Positions 26,376-39,870 of a stretch of DNA of 64,000 nt are shown one piece after another. The notes below the pieces were generated by a model, which saw only the letters and a program-made list of their open reading frames with translations, searched no databases and was not told where the DNA came from. The position numbers and the translations under genes are program-made. The stretch's first letter is position 1, and every line of letters starts with the position of its first letter. The stretch comes from Mobula birostris (taxonomy: Eukaryota). The stretch covers positions 69,983,313-70,047,312 of the forward strand of contig NC_092383.1 of NCBI RefSeq assembly GCF_030028105.1, in the 5' to 3' direction.

Positions 26376-27044
26376 ACTGCTATTTGAGAACAATAGTGTT
26401 AGTACGTTTTTGGGGTTAGCACAGATAGCAAATAACTTCAGCAATAAATCTTCAAATATGAAAATAGACTGCAGATTAAATTTAAGATGCAGTGTTGAAC
26501 AATGGGTTCCTAAAAGTCACAAATCTTAGTTAATGACAAGACCAGAGAATGCTGACTAAAATGCATTTAGTAGTGTGGGTGCAAAGTGAGAAGTGTGAAG
26601 TTTGTGTGTAGTTCAAAGGAAGCATTGTGGATGTATTGTAAATATGGAATTGTCCTTTGATCTTCTGTACATAAAATGTTGTGTAGCACTGGGTTGAGCA
26701 GAGCCCTTTCTTCTAAAGGGTCTCCATATCATGCCTGCTGTGTCTCATTTTGTCAGATACAGGGATTGCTTCATATCTACCAGTGCTTCCCTCTGGTCAC
26801 TTGGTTCACATTACAACAGATGGTATCAGCTGTAAATTTGTAGAGGGAGTCAAAGTAGAATCTGGCCACACTGTGGTGACTGTACAAGGAGCACAACAGT
26901 GGGACTCACTTGTTGTGTAGCTGTTTTGAGAGTAATTGTGCTAGAGATATTACTGCCCACTCTTACTGATTTAGGATAGCTACATATAAGTTATAAGCAA
27001 ATTCTATAGAATATGAGTCCAATGGTTAAACCAGGAATGTGAGC

Positions 27045-28187
27045 AACTAGAAAGAATCTCTATTATTGATCCAAAAAGGTTACATCAACAAATCAAGAAT
27101 ATCACTGGTAAAAAGCCCCTCTGTTCTTCAGGTGGATGTTTGAAAGCAAAGGATGGTACCATAATCATGGAAAAAGATGAGATTATGAACAGATGGACTG
27201 AGTATATTCAGGAATTGTCTGAAGACGATTGAGGCGAAAAACCAGAAATTAAGAAGAACATTGAAGGTCCAAGTATTTTAAAATCTGAAATTTCGTAATG
27301 CAATAAATAAGATGAAGAAAGGAGAGGCAGCAGGTCCTGATGAATTAGTAATAGAACAAATTATTGTCCCTGAAGATTATGGAGTTGAAAAACTTACTGA
27401 CTTAATCAATGACATTTATGAAACTGGAATAATACCAGAAGAGATGAAAAAATCATTATTTTTCACTCTTCCTAAGAAACCTGGAGCACAATAGATTGTG
27501 AATTACATAGGACCATAAGTTTAAGGAGTCATATCACTAAGATACTTCTAAGAATTTTGATGACAAGAGCTAAAATGGGGAAGACATAAAACAAGTACAG
27601 AACTTTTGCTACTTAGGAAGCTGGGTGAGATCAGATGGCAGGTGCGACATGGACATCAAAAGAAGAATAAGGATGGCAAAAGCCACCTTTACGAGAATGA
27701 AGAGTATACTGACCGACACTAAACTAGGCATGACAACCTGCTTCAGAGTATTGAAATGTTACGTTTATCCAGTTATGTTATATGTATCAGAAAGTTGGAC
27801 AATAACTAGTAACATGAGGAAACGAATTGAAGCTGCAGAGATGTGGTTTTTGAGGAGGATGCAAAAAATATCATGGATGAAAGGAATATAACGAGGATGT
27901 CATGAACAGAGCAAGCACAAAAAGAGAAATAATGTATGAGATCATGAAAAGGCAATGTAACTTCATTGGACATGTGATTAGGAAAGAGGAGTTAGAATGC
28001 ACGGTAATTATGGGAAAGATTGAAGGGAAGAAAGCAAAAGGAAAGCAAAGGCAACTGAAGATGGAGACAGCAGCCAGAGAACTGGAAATGAATACCAATG
28101 AATTGATCCACTTGACCTGAAACAGGAGTATGTGGGCCATGGCAGTCAAAGCTCAATCTGGGCATGGCACCTGATGACGATGATGAT
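27045..28187 (+). mobile_element. RTE-clade (BovB/Expander-like) LINE, 5'-truncated and lacking the RT core
   Basis: MKKGEAAGPDE..IYETGIIPEEM..LPKKPGA, then DGRCDMDIKRRI..VYPVMLY.SESW..EAAEMWFLRRM..GHVIR..GKIEGK; (gat)n tail. Confidence 0.9.
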
Positions 28188-28559
28188 ATATAAATGATGA
28201 ACACTAACTAGTATCGGTTACTTAAACAGCATTCTTGATGGCATTCAAATTACTCAGTCATCTCAACGTTGATTGGTCTTAGTATTGCCACTATATACAG
28301 TCCTGTCTTACTTTTCTCCAACAGTCCTTTACCTAGATAAAAGGTATTGACCATTTCCTTCTGTAGGTGTTACCTGACCCACTTAACTCCTCCAGTATTT
28401 TGATTTTTGTTCCTTCACTTGATTTCACTTTCTCTATCAGATTTTGCATTGAATTAAATATTACAATTTGTTTTACTTCTACACCTCAACAATGGTTATT
28501 TGTTCCAATTGACAGCAGAGACACATTGTATCTGGTTCTGTTCACATACATTTCTATGT

Positions 28560-29162
28560 AACTATGTACTCATTGGAGATTAGAAGAATGAGGGGGGATT
28601 TCATTGAAACCTATTAAATTTTGAAATGCCTTGATAGAATGGAAATGGAGAGGATATTTCCTACAGTCGGGAGTATAGGACCAAAGGGCATAGCCTCAGA
28701 ATATTGGGACATTGCTTTAGAATAGAGATGAGGAGGAATTTCTTAAGCTAGAAGGCGGTGAATCTGCAGAATTTTTTGCCACGGACGGCTGTGGAGGATA
28801 TGTCCTTGGGAATATTAAAGTGGATGTTAATAGGTTCTTGATTAGTAAGGGTATCAAAGGTTACCAAGCGAAGATTCAAAGATTCAAAGATTCAAAAAAC
28901 TTTATTGTCATTCTAACCGTACATCAGCTCTGCAGGGCAGAATGAGACAGCGTTTCCCAGGAACAGTGCAATCATAACATAACAAACGCAACACTAAATA
29001 ATAAACATAACAATACATAGTAAAACACAACAGCTACATGACTGGCAGGAGAATGGGATTGAAAGGGACAATAAATCCGCCATGATGAAGTGACAGAGAA
29101 GGCTCGATTGGTCGAATGGCATTATTCTGCTCCCATGTCTTATGGTCGTATGGTCTTATGGT
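28560..29162 (+). mobile_element. CR1 3' fragment with an antisense LINE tail nested at about 28872-29042
   Basis: YSLEIRRMRGDFIETY; (ttatggtc)n tail; insert begins with (gattcaaa)3. Confidence 0.8.
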
Positions 29163-30568
29163 GACTTCAGCTTCCTTAATATTGATTGTGCAAAAGGCTT
29201 AGATGGGGCAGCATTTGCTAGGGGTGTCCAGGAAGGATCCTGACACAATATGTGGACTAGAGGAGACGCCATACTGTTTCTAGTACTGGGCAATGGACTT
29301 GGTCAGATGAGAGATATCTCAGTGGGTGAGCATTTCAGAGATAGTGACTACAACTCCCCGACCTTTATCATAGCTTTGGGCATAAGAGCAAGGATTGGTG
29401 AAGGCAAATTATGATGCTATTAGGGACGAACTTGGGAATACAAAACAGGAAAAGGTGTACTCAAAGAAATGCATAATGGAATTGTGGAGGTTGTTTAGGG
29501 AGCACTTGCTTCGGGTTCTGGATAGGTTTGTCTCATTGAACGGCTGGTAGGATGAAGGAGCAAGAGATATGAGGAAGAAAGAAGGGCTCTAGAGGGTAAT
29601 AAGGTGCCCAGGAAGGAATTTAAGGAAGGGTTAAGGAGAGCTAGATGGGGACATTAGAAGGCCTTGGCAATTAGGATTAAGAAATATGTACGTGAAGAAC
29701 TACAGGATAATTAGAGTGAGGGTAGGGCCAATCAGGGTAAAAGAGGAAACTTGGAGACAATGGAGCTAGAGAAAATCTGAAATGCTTCAGTAATCACCAG
29801 TGAGAGGGGCCTTGACAAATGTGAGGGCAGAGTAGAACAAGCTAATATTCTGGAACATGTTGATGTTAAGAAAGAGGATGTGCTGAAACTTTTGAATAAC
29901 TTTAGAATAGTTAAATCCCTGAGACCAAGTGAGATGTACCCCAGGTTACAATAGGAAGTGAAGAAAGAGATTGCTATACATTTGATAATGATCTTTGGGT
30001 GCTCTCTGGCTACAGGAGTAATAACAGAAGATAAGGTAATAGAGATAACCCTGGGAATTATGTCAATGGTGAGCAAACCATAAGAAAGGATTTTTAGAGA
30101 TAGGATTTACAAGCATTTAGAGAAGCATAATCTGATTAGGGATAGTCAGCATGGCTTTGTGAAGGGCCAGACATGTCCCATGAGCCTAATTAAATTCTTC
30201 AAAAATGTGACCATACAGGCCAATGAAGGTAGAGCTGTGGTTGTGTTGTATATGGATTTTAGTAAGGCATTCAACAAAGTTCCTTATGGTCAGCTCATTC
30301 AGAAAGTCAGGAGGCGTGGGATCCAGGGAAACCTAGCAGCGTGTATTCAGAGCTGACTTGCCTACAGAAGGCAGAGGGTGGTGGTAGATGGAATGCGTCC
30401 TGCCTGGATGTCGGTGACAAGTGGTTTTCCACAGAGACTTGTTCTGAGACTCCTACTCTGTGGTTTTCATAAAATAAAGTGGATGAGGAAGTGGAAGAGC
30501 ATGTCAGTAGATTTGCAGATGACACGAAGGCTGGTGGTGTTGTGGATCGTGTAGAAGGTTGTCGTAAG
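29163..30568 (+). mobile_element. CR1 ORF2 internal fragment (endonuclease end through RT)
   Basis: GDFSFLNID, SQHGFVKG, YMDFSKAFNKVP, RFADDTK. Confidence 0.85.
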
Positions 30569-30999
30569 CAAAAAGATTATTATTGTTTGAACGTTCTTTG
30601 GGGTCAGCAAATATAGCAAATATCTTCAGCAACTGGCTTCTGCTACCAGTCTTCAGGTGCAAATTTGACTGTGGATTAAATCTAAAATGCTGCACTGAAC
30701 AATGGCTAAGAACCATGAACCAAGTTGATTGGAAGATACCACAGTTAATTGGAAGACCAGACAACACTGATTTAAATTTGTTATTTGTATGTATTTGGGT
30801 GTCTGTAGTAGGGGTGCAAGAGGGAGGCGTGAGTGTGCACTCTCCCTCTCTCTTTATCATCCTTCTTTCAGGTTAATGTAACTAATATCTTATAACTTAG
30901 AAAATCTGCCAGTTCTGCACAAAGTTCTGAGGGTGTTGAAATATTGGAATTTTTCTGGAGTCTATTATAAAACATTGTGAAGCTGAAGAACTGGATGAT

Positions 31000-32420
31000 A
31001 AACAATACCTATTATACAAGAACAGATGCATATTCCACCCATGGAAGCATATACAAATTAACCTAATACAGAAAATAGGAAATGTTGTGGTATCGCTACT
31101 GAAGGAGAAAATACTGTAAAGATTTTTAGAAACCAAAAATATAATAATGGATAGCCACCAATAATTTAAGTGGGTAGTCTTTGATTGTTCGATTTCCATT
31201 GAACTCTTTAAAGAGACATCGGAGAGGGTAGGTAAGGCTCAGTTTGTCGATATAATTTATCCAAACAAGAAGATGTTAATTATGTGCTACCAAATGAGGT
31301 CAGAAAACGCAAAGGCAAGGGAGCAGTAAAAGACTGAAAAAGCAGAATGCAGCATGTTTAGGGAAAGGCGTTTATTCATAGTAAGAGATGGTGGAAAACA
31401 GGAAGACTCACATGAATTAGTGTAGGGGTCATTATGGAACACAATTAATACAAACACCGATCAAAATTGTAATTTCTAAATACAAATTATTCCAGTGTGG
31501 AGGTGGGGCTAATTATGTGGGTGAATGGAGTGGGGGTGGGGTGACAATACCAAGAAAGAACACAATCATTTAGAAGACATTAATATACTTCCAGAACAGG
31601 CATTGAAGTGGGAAACAAAAATCAATGGAGCTAAGTATGAGGTTTTATATTTTGATAAGAACAATAAGAAGGTCACACTCTACTTGGAGGATAAGTACGA
31701 ATGGAGTCTTGAAGTCTAAATAAGCAAATCAATAGCTATGCCACTGGGTTAATAAGGCCATTGGAAACACAAACCAACCATTATAGTTTATTTCTGGAGG
31801 GGCAGAGCAGTTATACAAAAACTTGTATTGACTAGGCAGAGACAACAGTGTGTATATCCCCATTCATTATATCATTGGAAAGAAATCTTGGCACTAGAGA
31901 AAGGAAATTAACAGTATATATAAGGAAGTTTCTTGAAATATAGCATTATGTCTGCCAGAAAAGGATGAACAGGCTAGATCAATTGAAAAGAGTAGGCTTA
32001 ACTTAATTGAGGGCTTTGAAATTATGAAAAGCTTTGATTGTCTGAACAGGCAGAGAGGAAAAGGGCTTCTGTTGCTGTTGCTGTTCTGTTGCTTGTTTTG
32101 TCTGCTGAACATTAGGGACATGCAACCACGTTGTTGGGACTGGAGTGTGTGGCAACAATACTTGCGGGCTGCCCCGGCACACCTTTATGTTGTGTTGTCA
32201 GTTATCACAAATGATGCATTTCGCCGTATGCTTTGATTGATACGGGATAAACTTGAATGGATCGGAATCATTTTAGAATACGCGACTGAATTGTGTTCTT
32301 TGGCATCTATGTAAGAACATGATCAAGAAATCAGAAGTGGAGGGAACTTTACCAAGATAGTGGTGCGAAAGTGGAATTCAGCAGTGCAGAAGATAATTGA
32401 GGTGAATAGCATTGTCTCAC
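31000..32420 (+). mobile_element. Very old CR1 remnant with a nested SINE-like tail
   Basis: Patchy similarity to RT and C-terminal motifs (KYEVLYF.K.N, LIEGFEIMKSFD). Confidence 0.45.
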
Positions 32421-33129
32421 TGAACCAAGTTTCCCAGGTTCAGACCTGAACTATTCTGTGTGTTGGGTTCACATATTCTCCCTGTGTCCATGTGGAATTC
32501 TGCTGGGTGCTCCAATTTTGCCACATCTCAATAATGAGCTGGTAGGTATACCAACCTCTGTGAATACTCCTTGATGCTGATGTGTGGCAAAAGAATCGGG
32601 TGGTGGTTAATGTGAATGCAACAGGGAGTAAGATGTAGATTCACAGTAAAATATGGAGTGAGGTATTGAGACAGACGGGATTGTTCTGCTGAGAACTGGC
32701 ATAGACCCAATGGCCTCCATCTGAGGGAAATATTGATGGAATTAGATGCACATTTTGGGCAAATTATCTACTTCTGTGTTTTAAATCCATGCACTCCTTG
32801 GAACGTGTTCACAGATGTACTATGAATTGTGCAGACCATAAATCATTTCCTTTGGCATCAGACAAATGTAATATGTTTGTAATGTGAACATTTCCTCACA
32901 ACAGAGGGGTCGATTTCAACCCATCAAATCTATTTTAGGCCAGTCCTGTTCTCCCACCATTTTTCCCCTGTTGACTACTGGTAAATTGTTTTATTATTGT
33001 CACATAAACCGGGGTACTGTGAAAAACTTGTCTTACATACTAGTCATACAAATCAAATCATTACAACAGAGCATTGAGCCGGTAGAAGGTAAAGAATAAC
33101 AGAATGCAAAATAAAGTTTTGCTTGCAAG

Positions 33130-33680
33130 AAGTGGTGGATACAGCCTACCGAGTCCATTACAAGAAAATCCTTCTCCACCATTGAGCACATCTACAAGGA
33201 GTGCGGCCAGAATAAAGCAGCAAGGACCCCCACCACCCCGGCCATGCTCTCGCTGCTGCAATCTGGAAAGGGATACAGGAGCCTTATGTCCCATGTCAGC
33301 AAGTTCAGGAACAGTTATTAGCCTTCAACCACCAGGCTCCTGAACCAGCGTGGTAACTTCACTCATCCCAACACTGAACTGATCACTCAACACAAACTAT
33401 TGACTTACTTTGAAGGACTCTACAACTTATGCCCTCAGTTTTATTTGTTTATTTGTTTATTTATCTATTTACTATTATTATTTGTTATTTTTATTATTTT
33501 TGTATTTGCACAGTTTGTCTTCTTTTGCACCTTGGTTGTTTGTCAATCTTTGTGTGTAGTTTTCCACTAATTCTATTGTATTTGTGGTTCTATCGTGAAC
33601 ACCGACAAGAAAATGAATCTCAGGGTAGTATATAGTGACATCTACATACTTTGATAATAAATTTACTTTGAACATTGAAC
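33130..33680 (+). mobile_element. Rex1/Babar 3' fragment nested in an antisense Rex1 copy
   Basis: aagtggtggatacagcc...aggaacagttatt; aataaatttactttgaac tail. Confidence 0.75.
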
Positions 33681-33769
33681 TTTGCAGTACAGAGAAAGTG
33701 CAGAGCATATGTTCAGAATCTGCACTGATTGTGAGGCTAAGAGGAGCTTTTATTGCTCTGGAAAACAAT

Positions 33770-34127
33770 TCAATATTCTAATAACAGCAGCAGGGGGAAG
33801 CTGACCTTGAGCTGGTGGTATGTGCTTACAGGATTTTTTTTATCTGCTGCTTGGTTGGAGGGAGGAGAAAAGAGAATATCTGTGGTGGGTGGGATTTTTG
33901 ATAATGCTGGCTGCTGCATCAATATAGAGAGAGTCCATGGAGACGAGGATGGTTTCCATGAAATGCTAAGCTGTGTCCATAACTCACTGCAGTTTCTTGT
34001 GGTCACAGGCAGAGAAGTTGCCATACCAAGCCATAATGCATCTGCATAGGATGCTTTCTATGGCCCATCAGTAAAAATTGGTGAGAAGCAAAGGAGTCAT
34101 GCCATATTTCTTTAGCCTCCTGAGGAC
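33770..34127 (-). mobile_element. Rex1/Babar 3' fragment
   Basis: LRRLKKYGM...ESILCRCIMAWYGN on the minus strand. Confidence 0.75.
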
Positions 34128-34199
34128 ACATTCAAATCAAGACCTCCCAGGTAATACCATTCACAAGAACTGGGTAGGGCTAGCAAAATCAGATCAGTG

Positions 34200-34425
34200 A
34201 AAATTATGATGGGCAGCCTGCAAGTGTTACCACGCATCAGGCACCAACATAGCATGCCCACAACATACTAACCCTCACCCGTACGTCATTGGAACGTGGA
34301 AGGGAACCAGAGCACCTGGAGGAAACACACATAGTTATGGGGAGAACATAAAAACTCCTTACAGACGGAAGCAGGAATTAATGTTGTAAAATGTTGTGCT
34401 AACCGCTACACCACTGTGCCACACC
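34200..34425 (-). mobile_element. tRNA-derived SINE
   Basis: Reverse of the 11100 family; 5' end gtggcacagtggtgtagcggttagc. Confidence 0.75.
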
Positions 34426-35150
34426 CTTTTAATTTTTTTCTTAACTACCTGCCTTAACAATTATTTTTTTCTGACAGCTTGCTCCACCTATGCACAACTC
34501 TCTGTGTGATTAATTTGCCCCTCAGGTCCCTTTCAAATCTTTCCCCTCTCACCTTAAACCTTCTAGGTTTTAAGTTCTCTTTCCCTGGGGAGAAAGGAAG
34601 ACTACACTCACAGAGAGAAAAAAAGATTAATTTTCATACTAGAGCACTTTACACTGACCAATTAACCAAGCTGCACATCTTTAGGGTATGGCTGGAAATA
34701 AGAGAACTGATGAGAAGCCTACATCGTCATTATGTACAAACTCACACGCATTCAGCATTGAAAATCAGATTGCACTTGGTTTGATAGAGTTGTGAGCCAC
34801 TCTAACACTATGCCTTCCTGTGACAAATGCTTCTAATTCTAAAAAATGCTGCTACTAGCAATAGCCTTAAGCAAAGCATATTCATTCAGTAGAACAGGGT
34901 CAGTGGTGAAAGCTGCCCCAGAAACTATTCCAGAGACATCTATTTTTAAAAATGCAGCTCTTTAGTATTAGGATCAGGAGCTGATTGTGTCAAGTTGCTG
35001 CAAGAGATGTGTTCTACATTGTGCTTGTACTATAAAAGATTCAATATTTCTACTCTTACTTCAGAGGACTTCTTACATATTTACTTCTTTGTACATAATT
35101 TTGTTTTACACACGATTAGTATTCACATTGCATCAGTCTATATACATATA

Positions 35151-35705
35151 CAGTACTGTGTAAAAATCTTAGGCATACATATATGCAGCTAGAATGCCTA
35201 AGACCTATGCACGGTACTGTAGTAATTTTATGTATTGCACAGTACCGCTGCCACAATCAAAACCACAAATTTCATGACATATGTGAGTGATGATAAACCT
35301 GATTCTGATATGGGTCTCTATCGTAGACTGAGAGTGGAAGGGAGAGAGGAATCATGGTTTGGCAAAAGGGGAAGAGAGAGAGGAGGGAGTGGAAAGCATC
35401 AGCGAGACATTCTGTAATGATCAATAAACCAATTGTTTGGAATCACATGACCTTGCCTGGTGTCTCAGAGCTGGGTGTATCTGCATCCGGGCCACCCCCC
35501 ACCTCCTGCCCTGGCACTCCTTCTCTGCCATCTGTTCCCACACCCCTCCTGCAGCACTCTGCCCTTACCTTTCACAACGTCCTTTACTCCCACCAGATTT
35601 ACAAACTTGCTCCTTGCTCCACATTGACAAATACGGTACTGTACAAAAGTCTTAGGCACTTGAGCTATATACTGTATATGTGCCAAGGACTTTTGTACAA
35701 TATTA
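35151..35705. mobile_element. Composite Tc1/mariner-like MITE: two mini fold-backs flanking a LINE tail
   Basis: TIR CAGTACTGTG(C/T)AAAA(G/A)TCTTAGGCA present four times, TA flanks; a solo unit at 62882-62999. Confidence 0.65.
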
Positions 35706-35811
35706 TATTAAAATAAAGTACATATCCTGTACCTTCACATAAGGACAATCTGACGTGTTATAGTTTATATGTTGTACTTCAATTCACAATTTGTGTTTCC
35801 ATAAATTATTT

Positions 35812-36165
35812 TATACTTTATATTTTATTGTCGCCAAACAATTGGTACTAGAACGTACAATCATCACAGCAATATTTGATTCTGCGCTTCACACTCCCTG
35901 GATTACAAATATTAAATATTAAAAATAGTTAAAATGAATAAATATTAAAAAATTAAATTATAAATCATAAATAGAAAATAGAAAAATGGGAAGTAAGGTA
36001 GTGCAAAAAAACTGAGAGGCAGGTCCGGATATTTGGAGGGTACAGCCCAGATCCGGGTCAGGATCCGTTCAGCAGTCTTATCAGAGTTGGAAAGAAGCTG
36101 TTCCCAAATCTGGCCGCAGGAGTCTTCAAGCTCCTGAAACTTCTCCCGGAGGGAAGAGGGACGCT
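35812..36165 (-). mobile_element. Young Rex1-like LINE 3' end
   Basis: cttccctccgggagaag..aacagcttctttcca on the minus strand; matches 11785-12015. Confidence 0.75.
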
Positions 36166-36709
36166 CATATATCAGTTTTTTTTTTAGTTTGTTTGTTCTT
36201 ATGTAAAACAGAACCTTATCAAGAAAAGAAACTCTAAGAGTCTGTTATATTAGGAGAACATGATGATCTCTCATGCTGACTAAAAACTATATGGCTCATT
36301 AGTGCATCTTTGGTACGGTTCCACTGTTATAATTCTCAAAATAAATCCCTCCAATATCTATTGCTGAATATCACACAGTATGAACGGAGCCAAAAGATAA
36401 CCAACAGGAAAGCAGTGAGATATTGATATTTAGTTAAAGCACTAAGCCATGTTTTGGTTTTGTGTACCTGCTAAACAAAATCATGTGGCAGGTACTTTTG
36501 TTCCATAGAGTTAAGTATACTGAAGTTTAAAGAGATCATAGATAATCTTCTGTTAGAATGTTTTAAAACATTTGCTAGTTCTAAACAATTACTCTTTGTC
36601 TGCAATGATTCCTTTACTCATTTATTTAGTGACACATGACAGTAAACTCTGCTGATCCTTTGACCATGCTGCCCCAGCAACCCCTGACAAACCCAATTAA
36701 TCTTAACAG

Positions 36710-37155
36710 GAGTTTTTTACGTAGAGAGTGGCGACTGCATGGAATGGGCTGCCGGCGACAGTGGTCGAGGTGGATATGATAGGGTTTTTTAAAAGACTGT
36801 TGGATTGGTACATGGAGCTTAGAAAAATAGAGGGCTATGGGTACCCCTAGGTAATTTCTAAAGTAAGCACAAGTTAGGCACAGCATTCAGGGCCGAAGGG
36901 CCTGTATTGTGCTGTAGGTTATCTACGTTTCTGTGTTTCTAACCTTAACCTAATCACGAGACAATTAACGCTGACCAATTAACAGACTAACCAATACATC
37001 TTTGGACTGAGGGAGGAAACTGGGGGACTCAATGAAAACCCAAGCATTCCATGGGGAAGATGTACAGAGTCTCCTCACAGGACAGCACCGGAACTGAACT
37101 CCAAACTCCTGAAAGCTTTGATCTATAAAAGCATTGCACTAACTGCTATGCGCCA
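36710..37155. mobile_element. CR1 3' end (+, to about 36941) abutting an antisense tRNA-SINE
   Basis: gggccgaagggcctgtattgtgctgta tail, followed by sequence matching 12810-13020. Confidence 0.7.
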
Positions 37156-39260
37156 AGATTATTAGATTATAAGTGAATGGGAAGATTTGTTTGAGAATCA
37201 GCCTCAGTTAATTTTACAAGAACACACCTAAGAAAGAAAATATTTAGGGAAAATATTGTTGGTGAGGTGGAGGAGGTTTGTTTTGTCTGTCACCATGACT
37301 TTAGTGAAGTGGCATAAAATGGAGAAATGACAGCACTTGTTTAAGACAACACATGCTTATGTGTTACATATATGGAAGAAAGGAGAAAGGGGCAAGTCAA
37401 AGGAAACCATCTAAACAGGATAGATCTTCAAACTTTTTCTTATCCATTCCATATTCCACTTGCATTCCTCCATGTTATGTTTTGTAACTCCAAAAAAAAC
37501 TGAAATAATTAATACACAACACTCATCCCTGCTTAGCTATAAACTCCAACTCAATATGGAATGCATCTCAAATTATATATGCAGTATACTGTATAATACA
37601 ACCACTATTTGGACATACATTGCATAGCAAATTTTAAATTGTCTCATGTAGGCCTTAAGATTTAATCGCTGTGGAGGATTCCTTACTCTTGTGGGATAAT
37701 GTCTTTCCTAACAGGGGTGATCACTTTGCTAGTCAGGTGAGACTTGTAGCTCTGAAACAATCTCAGGTTCTGGAGCCTCTTCCACGGTGGTTGTAGGAGT
37801 TGACTCTGGGACTGCAGGAAGAGGCTCTGACAGCTCTGGACATCTTCTCTAACAAGTGACTCTGCTCTCAATTGATTAATGTATTGTCTCCAGATGACAT
37901 CAGGCACAATCTTCACTGTGTGGCAGAGTGGGCATTTCTGTCCATAATCTTTCGATCACCCTCTTTTGATATTCTCTGTAGTCCGTCACCAAGACTACTT
38001 GTCCAGGAGTGAAACATTAAACTGTCTTGTTTGAGAAGCCCTCAATTTGTCTCAGCTGATTGCCCTGCATACTCCTTCTGATATCGGGTTTGAGGAGTTC
38101 AAAGCGTAAGCACAAGGGATGACCGTGGAACTGCGTAATTGGTGGGTTGTTGGTTGTGGAGTGTGTGATATGCAAGGAGAAAATTGGCAAGTTTCTGATT
38201 CAGTGTCAGTGTAGCATGTTCTGCTGACATAGCTCACAATGTGTACTTTAGGCTCTGGACAAATCTTTGCACCAAGCTATTTGTAGCTAGGTGGTATGGT
38301 GCTGATGTACAGTGGTACTAAAAAGTCCATGGACCTTGTAGAAATTTCTCTATTTCTGCATAAATTGACTGAAAATGTGATCATATCTTCACATAAGTCC
38401 TAACACTAGATAAAGAGAACCCAGCTAAATAAATAATGCAAAACATTATACTTGTTCATTTATTTATTGAGAAAAATGATCCAATAATACATGTATTTGT
38501 TGGATAAAGTATGTGAAGCTCTGGGATAATGCCTTCTACAAAAGCTATTTGGAGTCAGGTGTTCCAAACAGTAAGATGAGATTGGAGGTGTGAGTTGTGG
38601 AGGTGCTCTGCCCTATAAAAAACACGTACAAAGTCAGGTTACTGACAGAGCCTGCTCTTCTCAAGAAAGATCTGTTTATGTGCACCATAACTTGATCAAA
38701 TCAACTTTCAGAGGACCTTAGAAGAAGAATTGTAGAGATGCATGAAGGTGGAAAAAGCTACAAAAACATTTCTAAGGACCTGAGTGTTCGTCAGTCCACA
38801 GTAAGAGAAATTGTCTACAAATGAAGGAAACTCAGTACTGTTGCTGCTCTCCCTGGGAGGGGGCATCCTGCAGAGATCATACTAAGAGCACAATGTGCAA
38901 TGCTGACGAAGGTGAAAAAGAACCCAAGGATAATAGCAAAAGACCTGCAGAAATCTCTGGATCTTGCTAAAGTCTCTGTTCACAAGTCCACTATATATAT
39001 AAAAAAAATTGAACAAGAATGGTGTTCACGGAGGAAACCACTACTGTCCAAAAAATATTGCTGCACTTCTCAAGTTTTCAAAACACCACCTAAATGTTCT
39101 ACAATGCTTCTGGGACAAGGTTCTGAGGACAGATGAGAGAAAAGTTGAAATTTTTGGCAAAAATGCAATTGCTATGTTTGGAGAAAAAAAGGCACTGCAC
39201 ACCAACACCAAACCTCATCCCAGCTGTGCAGTATGGTGGAAGAAGCATCATGATTTGGGA

Positions 39261-39870
39261 GTCCCAAGGGCCACACATTTTAATTCCACGTCCCATTCCC
39301 ATTCTTATATGTCTATCCATGGCCTCCTCTACTGTCAAGATAAAGCCACACTCAGGTTGGAAGAACAACACCTGATATTCCATCTGGGTAGCCTCCAACC
39401 TGATGGCATGAACACTGACTTCTCTAACTTCCGTTAATGCCTCATCTCCCTCTCATACCCCATCTGTTATTTATTTATTTCTATATATTTATATTCTTTC
39501 TCTCTCTCCTTTTTCTCCCTCTATCCCTCTCACTATACTCCTTGCCCATCCTCTGGGCTTTCCCCTTCCCCCTTTCTTTCTCCCTAGGCCTCCCATCCCA
39601 TGATCCTCTAAACATCCCTTTTGCCAATCACCTGTCCAGCTCTTGGCTCCATCACTCCCCCTCCTGTCTTCTCCTATCATTTCGGATCTCCCCCTCCCCC
39701 TCCCACTTTCAAATCTCTTACTAGCTCTTCTTTCAGTCAGTCCTGACGAAGGGTCTCAGCCTGAAACGTCGACTGTACCTCTTCCTATAGATGCTGCCTG
39801 GCCTGCTGCGTTCACCAGCAACTTTTATGTGTGTTGCTTGAAACTCCAGATCTGCAGATTTCCTTGTGTT
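39261..39870 (+). mobile_element. Penelope-like element 3' end inserted in Tc1
   Basis: ATHFNSTSHS..MSIHGLL..RLEEQHLIFHLGSLQPDGMN; 11-bp TSD ATG(A/G)TTTGGGA at 39250-39260 and 39871-39881. Confidence 0.9.
39738..39775 (+). ncRNA. Minimal type I hammerhead ribozyme motif
   Basis: CAGUC-CUGACGA-aGGGUCUCAGCCU-GAAAC-GUC-GACUG with a perfect 5-bp stem I. Confidence 0.75.

Noticed and set aside
26757-26921. About 55 open codons after an acceptor-like site
   Set aside because: No recognisable homology and only a weak donor
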